A DNA stretch of 64,000 nucleotides from Phoronis australis (Eukaryota > Animalia > Phoronida): the NCBI GenBank assembly GCA_002633005.1, contig NMRA01000115.1:11996-75995 (forward strand). The letters run 5' to 3'. This document shows, one piece after another, positions 41,401 through 53,400 of this stretch (position 1 is the stretch's first letter; the number at the start of each line of letters is the position of its first letter). Position numbers and translations under genes: made by a program. The notes under the pieces are model-generated. The model searched no databases, was not told the origin of the DNA, and was given only the letters and a program-made list of their open reading frames with translations.

Positions 41401-44400
41401 AGTGTATGCTTTGCAAATAAATTGACTTTTTGTTTATTGAAGCACAGATCAATCTGATAAAACATAAAAAACATCATTCACAATGCTGCAACAACTGTCC
41501 AGCACTTTATATTCTCGTTATTTGTTTGTGTCTTGCTTTTAACAAGTTTTTCTCGGCTGCATTATTCAATCTTCCTTCCAATGCCAGCGAACTTTTATTG
41601 GCGTTCTGTGTGCTGCAACTCCGACTTGACTAACAAGTGTACATGTACGTGGATGTGTGATGTTTTCTGACATGATCCCCAGCACAAGCCCGGAATTTCC
41701 AAAACAAGGCCAACTATGCAACGCATTTTTCTACATCCGGGAGATAAGAGAGCTCTACGTGAATCGGGTGTATTTACTGATACCCGCGCTAAAAGTAATA
41801 GAAAATGACCGAGGACACCGGCAATGGTGCTTATCACAGCCTATGTAAAAAGCCAAGCGAGCTATTCTACTCAGTGTGCGTGAAAAGAAGAGAGAATAGG
41901 CAGAATTACATTCGAAGATAAATAGCTCTAGTATAAGTACTTGGCAGTATAATGGAATTGTACATTCCTAGTAATGTCGAGCCTTCTCAGATTCGAGTAT
42001 TGCTACACAATCGGTCCGCTGTCTTCCAGATTTAGCTCGATTTCCGTGCTTGGTTTTTGGTTGATTTTATGTGTAAACCTATAATTATCGTGTTTCCACT
42101 GTTTAAGCAATAAACAAATGAGTCTCAAACAAAAATCGAAAGATCAGTACCAAATACAAATCCAAAACTTGCTTTCCATTAACTATATCTGCACTGAAAA
42201 CCTGATAACCTCGTAATTACAGCTGCTCATCTGTGCAATTTCTCGTTGTAACTATTACCCTTAAAATTACACACATTTGTGTCAAGTACACTGTAAATAA
42301 GCTCACGTGTAAGGAGATACCTGAAGGTGACGTGGTTCAACCGTTACCGGTATCTGTGCAGGACAAAGTGAGCTAGAAAGTAAGGCGGTAGCTGAAAGTC
42401 CATTGGTTGAACGGGAAGATTGGAGTGCCTCACAAAATTTTGAGCATAAAAAGGCAAAAAATAATCATATGATGAAATCGAATTAATGCTCCGAACATCT
42501 ACTGCAGTCATGTCTAAGACATAATCAGCGTAAAACTGTTCAACTTTGCTGATGCCATCCCAGTGTCATTGTCGCCTATTATGCATTGTTCATAGTGGCA
42601 ACATTTCACACAGGACGAAGTTTGCAACCGCGAAAGAACGATAAGTAGCTCGCACACAATGGGAAGAAAACAACATTGAGCAACCGTACTCATACAACGA
42701 TAGATAAGCGTTGGATACCTTCCTTGCGCCATCTTTTGTGTTGCAGCTCGCTGTCAACAACAGGCGTGGTTGTAGGGAGACAAAGGAATTTGGTATATTA
42801 ACCCTTTTGATACATCGGGTAAAAAGCGATATTAAATATCACTGACTTCGACGTTGGCCGTTTTTGTTCCATAGAATTCACTTTCACGGAAACCTAGTTC
42901 AAATCTCTCAGTTAAGTCACTGTGTTTTTTGCTTGTTTAGATGTCTGTTACCAACTATTCTAGTGACCGCAGCCTTAGCCAACAAATGAGATAGAGACAA
43001 AAATGATTACACGGTGGGTATCCTCACGTTTAGATGTAAGTAAGCGATTGTTGTCTGAATTCAGTTCTTCGTGGTAAACTACAGATGGACATACTTATAT
43101 TTACAAATAATACCGTGGTTGCTGATAGTTACGAGATACATGTAATCAACTTTTGAAGTTGGCGCACGTCTAAACAATATTTTAAATCTCAACCTCCTCG
43201 CTTCCAAAATAGGCCTACTCTTCATCCACAGCTGTCAAAACGTTTCTTATAATATTGTTAAGACTAAACATAGAAACCCCTGTAAATCCCTTTTGAAACA
43301 GCACTCGCTGTCTACTATGGAAAGCCCGGTGAAAACCTCGAACCATAAATGAGATGATTTTAAATTCGTTGAGGACCATGAATAATTAGCATTTTGCTAA
43401 ACATGTATTGTATATTGCACTGTGTCCTAGTTAAATAAATTCAAAAACATCAATAAAAATTGTAATAATAATAATGATTACGATAACGAGTAATAGTAGT
43501 GATTGTGGTAATATTAGTAATAGCAGTAATAGTATTAATACTAATAAAACTGATAATGTGTGGCCAAATTCATGCCGAGTCAGCCCAGAGGGCATTCCTA
43601 TAGAAGAGGTATACGAATAGTGCCGCCCAAAAAGGTGCTTTTTCACAGCCAAAAATCTCCAAAATGGTACCATTTTTCACTAAATACTATCTAAAAAGGT
43701 GCCTTTTCTGATTTTTTGGGACATAACTGTGCCAAGATATGAATTTTTACACAAAGCTAGTCTCTGAATGTGTCAGTTTTTTACCTAGCCCACTCCTTAA
43801 ACGGATAAGTATCCAAATTTTTCGGGCGGTCCCCTTGTCCAAAAATACTCCAGTACCCCCCGGCTGTGTCAAACACCACTCATTCGTGATCTTGGTCATT
43901 TTCATTGTAATATGACGCTGGTTTCGTAAAATGTAACAATGGTACATTTCTCGCATGTGCATTCGACGTAAAATGTAACAACTACTTAAAATGTGACAAC
44001 TTGTTACATTGTAAGAGAGGCTTAGCAACGTAAAATGTAACAATGACGTTATGTAGCAGTTGTTACATTTTACAAGATTGATACAATTTATCGTGGCCCG
44101 AGGTCTAATTTCTGTACTCGAAACTCGACTCGAAGATTGAAAAACGGCTTCGAGACCAAGTGATTTAAACTTGTAGCGTGATTGGCTCAATTTCGTGTTT
44201 GCGTAAATATTAGATCTTCACTCAGTCTCACAATTTAACGAAACAACACTTACCTTTGGAGCAGTTCGTTCCAAACCATCCGATCTGACAGTAACATTGC
44301 ATTTTGGGATAAAAGGTCGAGTCAGTGTCAATGCATTTTCCGTATTCACCACAGTCGGTATTAGTCCAGCACTCATCTGAAAAAAACATGTTGTTAAAAT

Positions 44401-47400
44401 TCGAGAGATGTCAGCTTCAGCGCAGCAATTGTTTTTGTGGAACGATTTATGCTTCGTAAAGATCACGTGACATCATACTTGTAGTTAACGTGTGGCTAAT
44501 CTGATTCATAATCTGCGCTTTAGATGATTAGATTTGAATTCAACGTCATTGGATGGTACGGGCCTCAAGAAGCTTCTCGCGAAACAGTTGATAATATGTA
44601 CATGTATAGACTATTACATGGCGAAGTCGTTATCCCCAGTATTCTAGCCCGAGTGGATTTTGGAGAATAATTCTCCAAAATCCACAAGGGCTCTAGATAA
44701 TGGGGATAACGACTGGGAACAAATAATAATCTATTTACATGTATACCACATAATGAACAAGAAACATTGCAATGAATCGATCTACCTTTCTCGACTCGCC
44801 AAGGCTTTGTAAGTACTTTCTATGTCAGAGGCCCGGGGTCGGAGGTCGTGACCTTTTAAGAAAAGCCGAGTTGTTTTTGTCAAATGATGCTTTTACTCAA
44901 AACCAATTGAACATTGAAACAAAGTAGCAATAAAGTGTATCTATGAAGGTTTAGCAACTATTATAGCTTACTACACATGTTATCACGCTAAGCTTCGACC
45001 GTGAAAATATCGTAGGTTACCACTGGTAACTGAGTATAAAGCTCAAGTCAAAGGATCCCGGCGACACAATACCCGCATTCAAATTGGAGATCGGTTTACA
45101 ATTGAGAGAACATGAGAGAAAATTTTCGCTGAATTGAAATATCGTTTTATGGAAATTATGCGCATTATTTTTCATAGAGTATAAAAGTCAATACAATGCC
45201 CTTTGTTGAACCTCGCGGTTCCCTGCGTGCCGCTACACTGTAGGCCGGTGGTCGGTAGCCACCAAGCAAGTATCATTTAATTTTCCTCGGGAATTTTTTT
45301 ACACCGGCGTTTCTGATTGGCTCGTCAAATTCTCAATAGCCACCGCTGGCATGACTGATGGATCAAGTGTAAAATGTGGTCTGTTGTACAGACAAATCAG
45401 TGCTTCAAAATTTATGTTCAGGTAATCTGAATACCCGAAAATGCGGTTGCGCCTTTTCGGAGTGCATATTTCTACTGTCGATGACTTTTGATTACCATTC
45501 TGTCCTCCTATTCATAGAGTATGAATAACACCGCACGCTTAAATCGGTCATGTACATGTATGTGCTTCAAGCACGCGGCTATTAAACATTAATGCAGAAA
45601 CGAAACAGTTGCTGCCACGCCACTTGCATGAAAAGGCTAAAAATCGTTCATAGTCTGCCATTTTTCCACGTTGTTGTAAAGCTAACCAATGATTGCCGAG
45701 GTTACACCAACCAATACTAAAGCGCGTGCTACTGTGTGATACTTGCGTGCTGGCAAAGGCACGTAGGGAACCAGCGAGTTTGTTGAACATGCAATTATTG
45801 CGCGTGCTCATTTTAAGTATTCTATTTTCACGTTCGATGAGGTCAGCCGCTGATTGGTGCAGTGGTAAAGTCGACGACCGAGACCCGAAACTCTTGCGGC
45901 CCTGGTTCGAAACCGACCTCAGTTCCCGCCAAAATGTTATTTCCCTAGTGAGTGAACAAAATGAGTTTCTACACGGTTGTATTGGCCACTCGAGTCTAAT
46001 ATTGTGGTAGAAATGTACTTATTCGATGCATTTTTATGCTAGACTTATTTATTTTTCTACGATTTTTGCTTTCTCGGGCTCGTGCCAAAAACCATGTTGC
46101 AGTGAGCCCGTGCCTTCAATTCTGGTGCTCGCAGGTGACGAGTGTTGTTATAAACGTCACCAATGTATCTGTGATGCTGTCCAACAATTATTTGAAAAAC
46201 AAGAGCAGCGCCGTAGATAAAATAATCCAAATGGTAATGAAAGATTATTATTTTACGCAAAAAAACAACATGGAATATTCAAAAATACTGAATGTTAATT
46301 ATGCCATATAAAATACACAAGAAACCGAACGAGGAATGTTAAAAAATTCTGAATGTTAATTGTACCATTAAAAAAGGGCATTATAATGAGTGTCAGGAAA
46401 ACAGTTTATGGCGGAAGGTACATGGTTTAAATTTGTATTTAAAACTAAACGTGACCATTTCAAGTAATTTCTTCTACACTTAGTGAGACACCATCTGTAA
46501 GGTATTATAAATAGAATATTCTGTCTTTGTTCATCGTTTTAGATATTTCGAAGGTTGACGTCAAACGTGTCTAAATCAGGGGCGCATCCAGGATTTTGAA
46601 TTAGGGGTCCAGAGCAGAGGTATTACCCAGTATTTTGCCCGTCAGACATTCGCACCCCCGAAATGCCAAATGGAATCTGGGTGAATTTTAGGGGGCCATG
46701 GCCCCCTTGTCCCCCGCCCCTAAATCCGCAGCAGTACATTTTTTAGATGAATGATAAAGGGTCTGTCCGCCTACACGTAACGTTTATGTTTCGTGTTTCT
46801 GTCGTCACACAATCAAGAATACAATCAAATACTGTACGTAAACTTTGCTTGACTTACATTTAACGGGCCTTGACTCGACCGCAATCCGTCGGCGTTTCTG
46901 AAAAGTTAGTGCAGCGGAAACACCGTTTTCAACAATATTCTTCTCTTGAAAGCGTTTTATGAATGCTGCTATTACGGGTATGTAAAGGTTTCACCGGATT
47001 CTTGTGGATGGGCGTTACTTTTTCTTTAAAAAAATTTGCATTTTTAAATAAAAACACTACTGTTTGGAAAATGCTTACACTTACCTTTAAACTGACAAAA
47101 CTTCCCACTGTACAGTCGATCACAATGACATTGACTATCAGTGTATGACCCGTGACCTGAACAATTTTCTCTCGGAGAATCTGCAGGAAAAGAGAGAGTA
47201 GTGTTTACAGGTGTACTTTTGTAAGTTTTCACCCGTTGTATTTATCCATCTACCACTTTAGAAAGAGAAATGTAATAAAGCAAAAACGAAAAACGATATT
47301 TGATCAGCATGCGTTTAAGAAAAACTACGATCTCTAACTGGTCGACATTTTGTAATCTACGCAATAAAAAAATAAAGTGGCATCTTCAAGATTGACAGTT

Positions 47401-50400
47401 GACAAACTTTTCGGAAAGTTACATTTCATTTGTGTCATTCAACAATTGGGCGGTCCATATCTGTATTAGATAAGATTTTCTGTACACTAAAGATGTCTAG
47501 CCTCGTCATGTAACGTCCTCACCATTAATATTGACGTCAGCGCAACTCCAGAACTGGTAAGTGCTCCCCCATTCCAAGGCTTGACGAAGCAGACGTATGG
47601 AGCAATTCTCGCAAGTCATGTTCGAAGGAATCTCCACTTCATAATTCGATGTGCTGAAATGAGACATGATATCAAAATGGAGATTGTCGTGTTCCTATCC
47701 AGGTTTAATTGTCTCGAGACCAAACATTCAACAATCACAACAGGAGAGAAACAAAGTCAATATTAGACCGAATACGTGCAACAAACCTATACTTTCTAAA
47801 TATGTTTGTCTGAGCTTTTCAGTACTCATACATGTAGTTGACAATTTAATCGTAAACTTCCGGAAAGTATACAGAACTTTTCGACCTCCATGTCTTGTCT
47901 CCGAGGTCCCCGTCAGTGTGACGTTCTCCAGTCAAGTGGCGTTGGGAGCGCTAAAATAAGATTGTGCAGTCTACCGAGTTTGCACGCTCCGTCGTCTCTG
48001 TTCATCCTGAGTTTTACCTCTCTGTTGCGTCTAGAATTTTCATTCTTGACTATATCTAAACCTTTGGCCTCAGACCAATTCATAGGACGATTGTCTTGAA
48101 TTGTGCGACCTGTGATGAACAGAGACGATGGGGCGTACAATCTCAGCAAACTGTACCGTCCTAATTTGGCACTACCTGACGAAAGAAGGTCAGACTGACG
48201 GAAATCCTCAGAGGAGGTCAATAATCTTGTGGTAAATATTTTTCACTTCCCGGGGGTTTTATGGTGATATCGGCAACCGTAAAACTTTTCCTCGTTTTTC
48301 AAACATTCCTCCATTTTGAGAGAAACTAATAAGGTGCTTACATAATTGGCAAGTGTTACTATTGCGAAATAACATCGTTCTGATAATGTGAGGAAACCAA
48401 CGAGAAAATGGACTACTGGAAAGTCCTGACGCAAACGGGACGAATTTAAATACTTCACGCTGATATTTCCAACAGTTTTACGCACGTGGTGTCGTTCTGT
48501 CCAATAAATTTCCCGGAGGTAAACTGGTGCATTATCCAGCCATGCTGATTCAATATCTCAATTAAGAACCCACCCTGAAATAAAAGAGAAAGTTATACAA
48601 TTCTATCAACGTGTATTCTTGCTATCAAAACGTAACGTACAGTTATTTTACCAAATCTCTGTTTTTTGTGCAAAAAATATACACCTAAGATGTCTGAGAT
48701 ACAGTGGTTTGATTTCTTGTCTACGTAAACACTGGTTGGAGGCTCAGAGGTAGAATAATATGGTGGTAGTCTGGTTGTGTATGTGTGATTTGTTTGCTGG
48801 GAAACTAGGTCGTAAGCTGGTCGCACAAAGATCGGTAGATAAGCGTATCAACTGTTCACTTTTTGTTGTAATAAAGATAATGGCAAGCATTTATCGTTCG
48901 CCCAAGGTGCGATATCCACGTGACCTGTGTTTTATATCCTACAAAAACGCAATAAAGGAAAACATCGGTACTGTCCTATAAACGATAACCTTGCGACGTG
49001 TTAAAGGCGAAGGCAAACCTTTTTTCATGTCACTTTAGTAAGAATAAGTTCTGTTGATTATCCCAGACATATTTTTCACTTAATTATAGCTTTTCGTAAT
49101 TTAATTAATTTCTCGACGTCCTCTACTCCGGAAGTGACATTATGGGAGGCAAGACTTTCGCGCCAATTTCTTTTCATATAGTCAGACTGTGAGAGCTGTC
49201 AAGTCAGTCATTGTTCTACCTCGGATGTGATAAGTTCGGTCTTCGTTTGCTTTTGTTTACGAGTCAGTCAACATGCCACGCTGTTGCTGCGTACCAGGAT
49301 GTACTCATTACCGTCTCACACGCGCTTTGGGTACCTTGCATCGCTTTCCGAAGGATGACACACTTCGCCATACTTGGCTAGCTCGTTCGTATGAAGAACG
49401 CAGCGCTACCCGTTCACGCAACGTACAAAGCAGTGGCAAGCATTTTCAGCCGTCAGATAACGACAGAGATATGTACGCTGAATTGATGAAGGACCCTGCG
49501 AAACAACGCCTGAAGAAGGGTTCCATACCGTCGCTGTTGATTACCGGCAGTGCCCTGTCGCCACCACCGAGAAGTGAGTTTTTTGAAGTGAGAAACCTCG
49601 CGAGCTGTGGCCACTATATACAGTGACTGGAGGCACTTCATCAACTGTCACCCATGCCTCCAAACGTACCCCATAGCGTGCAATTCCAGGAACTAGCAGT
49701 GATTCGCCCTGTGCTGTTGTCTCTAGCCCAGAGCCTGTAAGCAGCCCTGCAGCGATGTTGAGTAGTGGGTGTGAATAGAGGCCCAGTTTGACCCCCAATG
49801 AAAAGGACAGTTCGTCATCCAATGAACAGATCAGTGAGCCTAAGTTTGATAAGTTTATTGTGGACTTGTTTTGGAGCTATTTATAAGGTGCCATGTGTGT
49901 GACGAGGGAGTCGCGCGTCGGGATGTAAGCAGTTTGGGTGCTCAAGTCACCATCCACTGGGAGTGTGTCGCGGGACACTCGGGCAAATGGGACAGTTCTT
50001 CCTCTGTGCGTGAGACGATAATGAGTACATCTCGGTAGGCAGCAACAGCGTGGCACGTTGCCTGACTCGTAAACAAAAGCAAACGACGACCGAACTTATC
50101 ACAACCGAGGTAGAAAAATGACTGACTCGACTGCTCTCACAGTCAGACTGTATGAAAAGAAATTTGCGCGAAATTCTTGCCTCCCAAAACGTCACTTCCG
50201 GAGTAGACGACGAGTAATTAATTAAATTACGAAAAGCTGTAAATAAGTGAAAAATATATCTGGGATAATCAACGAACCCTATTTTTGCTAAAAATGACAT
50301 GAAAAAGGGTTGCCTTCGCCTTTAAGCCCGTCGCATTGATGTCGTTAAGCAATACCTTGCGACCTCCATACGACGTCATTTGTTTCGATAACAAATAAAC

Positions 50401-53400
50401 CTAACGTACATTTGTTTACATGGATGCTCGATACTAAAAAAGTGAAGTCAACACCGACAACTATATGCCTTGGCCTTACTGGTATTCCTCTCATCCCTCA
50501 TTACACGGTGACCCCAAAAATTTATTCTCATTTCAGTACAACGCCGGGAGTTCAAATTCAGTTCCCGTGGTTGTAAATTAAACTCTGCGCCCATGGTTAT
50601 AGGCCGTTGGCTCTAAGCCACAGAAGGTTTATAAAGCCACTTCTGCGACCATAGCTTGTTTTGTCGTTTTAATATCACAAAGCACTGTATTTTGTAAAAG
50701 TAAAAAGGTTCATATAGTTTAACATGCACATTTCCATGAAATTTGGTAAATCTTGCAAATAGTACCTGGAACAGAAGGCACTGAAAAAACAATATTGTTA
50801 GATTCTGTAAATTGTTATTCTGTAAATAGTATTTTCAAAGATGTACAAAGTTGTAAAAACTTTACTGTTTCTTTTCACATTAAGATGCAACTTTGCGTTG
50901 CAAGACTAATGCGTGAATTTATGAGCGTCACCACGTGGATTGACAATAACCTAGTTAGCTAGTGCTTTTTGATAACAATAGTTCGTTTTCCTTGAATGTT
51001 TGGGGATTTACATGACAAGGTCGTCAAGGAAATATTAATTGTAGGCCTACACTCACCCGATGTGGATAAGCCATGTGCCATGAAACGTTGAACCGAGTCC
51101 CCGCTTTCAGGTGAGTCACAGGTCCTGGGGCTACAAAAGTATGGATAGGTTTGTTGTGTTGCGATCATTATATATTAACCAAACTGATACATGTATATGT
51201 ATAGGTGTATGTCTTAACAGCTCATGTTGTCTTTTTAAAGCCGGTGATATCAATGCCTCATGTAAAATATGGAAGTCGTGCGACTTTTCAATCTTTTGCT
51301 GGCTTTAACTGTCGAGGTGCGGAAATAAAATCTATTTGCTGTCTTTTTAGTGTTTCCCAATTGCATTGGATTGGAAATTACAGTCGGACCTCCGATATTT
51401 CTGAGTTGCATCGGTCACATGGTCCTGCCTATTTCACTTACTAAAGGTCATAGAAACATTTCTAAGTGTATTCGTACGTAATCACCACGCTCCTCTTGAA
51501 TAACTTTTCCAGTCTGACAGGTACCAGAACAAGAAATAAGTTTTAAAGAAAAATTCACTCCATTATAAACAGTTAACGAATATTGCCCATAACCCTGTCC
51601 GCCAACACCCTTGCTCTCTACTACTGTACACCAAACGTATTAGAAGAAAAAAACTTGAATTTGATAAAACCAGTTCATATTCAACGTATCTGACGTAGCT
51701 AAAAACTTACCTAGCTGTGCTAGAGCTACTTTCGTCGGCGTTTTGTTAGGACACGAGCAACCTAGCTCTGCCTTCGGTTCTGAAGTTGACTGTGCAGTAT
51801 TTTCTGGCTCTGAGGTCACCTCTTGTTCCGCCGTTGATTCTGGTTCCGCCGTTGATTCTGGTTCCGACGTCACTTCTGGCTCCGCTGTTGATTCTGGTTC
51901 TGACGTCCCTTCTGGTTCCGCCGTTGACCCAGGTTCTGACGTCACTTCTGGCTCGGCCGTTAATTCTGGTTCTGACGTCACTTCTGGCTCCGCTGTTGAT
52001 TCAGGTTCTGACATCCCTTCTGGCTCAGCCGTTGATTCTGGTTTTGACGTCACTTCTGGCTCCGCTGTTGATTCAGGTTCTGACGTCGCTTCTGGTTCCA
52101 CCGTTGATACAGTTACCGACGTCCCTTCTGGCTCCGCCGTTGATTCAGGCTCTGAAGTAACTTCTGCTTCCGCCGTTGACTCAGGTTCTGACGTCACTTC
52201 TGGCTCTGCCGTTGATTCAGGCTCTGAAGTCCCTTCTGGTTCCGCCGTTGATTCTGCTTCTGACGTCACTTCTGGCTCCACCGTTGATTCAGGCTCTGAA
52301 GTAACTTCTGGTTCCGCCGTTGACTCAGGTTCTGACGTCACTTCTGGCTCTGCCGTTGATTCAGGCTCTGAAGTCCCTTCTGGTTCCGCCGTTGATTCTG
52401 CTTCTGACGTCACTTCTGGCTCGGCCGTTGATTCTGGTTCTGACGTTCCTTCTGGCTCAGCCGATGATTCTGGTTCTGACGTCACTTCTGGCTCCGTCGT
52501 TGATTCTGGTTCTGACGTCCCTTCTGGCTCCGCCGTTGATTCTGCTTCTGACGTCACTTCTGGCTCGGCCGTTGATTCTGGTTCTGACGTCCCTTCTGGC
52601 TCCACCGTTGATTCTGGTTCTGACGTCCCTTCTGGCTTTGCCGTTAATTCAGGCTCTGACGTCGACTCTGGTTCAGGTTCTGATGTACTATTGGATTCGG
52701 GTGCCGCTTCTGGTTCGGACGTTGCCTCTGGTCGCGTCTCTGGCATTGGTTCAGATATACATACACAATAGGGTTGAGGAATTCGAATTTCTTCTACAAT
52801 TTCGCCTTCGGAGTTTACTGGAATGATATAAATAATGGCCAAGTTTACCATGTACATCTATTTATCAGACGGGCAATCAAAAACAATTATTAGACTAGCA
52901 AACGTTTGAGGCACAAACCTTCTTAAGCGTGTGTAATTTATTGATATGTTTATATTAACGGCTGATTTTAATTCCCTTTTTGCTGCAATGTGTAAACTGT
53001 CATCCAATCGTTTCGCTACACTGGTGTCATTGTTTCTTCGTCTTGCCTCTCGTCCCTGTAAAAAACATCACAAGCATGTTTTTTCTAAATGTACGTAAAA
53101 ATTAACTTATCTTATTGATTTACAGAATACTGATTGATAGCAAGATTGATGATTTTGTGCTAATGGTCTAGTACAAGATTAGACAACACTCGAGAAGTAG
53201 ACGGATGATGGTTTTTAGAGTGTTCGTCCCGGATAAGAGAGAGTTGAATGATACAGTTATAAAGCATTGCTGACTACAAAAGAAATGATGTGAATAAATG
53301 TACAAATAAGTAACGCAAGCTAGGAAAGCAGTGTACTTGATATTTTGCTATTTTATGCATGCGTACATGTATCTTGCTGTATCGATTTTTGTTTGAATTT

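Noticed and set aside
51780-52700. 36-bp periodicity as a CRISPR array
   Set aside because: Tandem units without unique spacers, no cas genes, eukaryotic coding exon.
51743-52826. Long plus-strand ORFs (342, 124 and 168 aa; SGSDVT and PLILVLTSLL repeats)
   Set aside because: Antisense shadows of the stop-free minisatellite; the minus frame has the splice sites.
51640-52857. 405-aa ORF as a stand-alone gene
   Set aside because: No signal peptide; its ends are intronic read-through beyond good splice sites.
52960-53066. Possible extra exon after a TTTTTTACAG acceptor (minus strand)
   Set aside because: In-phase reading stops after ~9 codons (GTRGKTKKQ*); no support.
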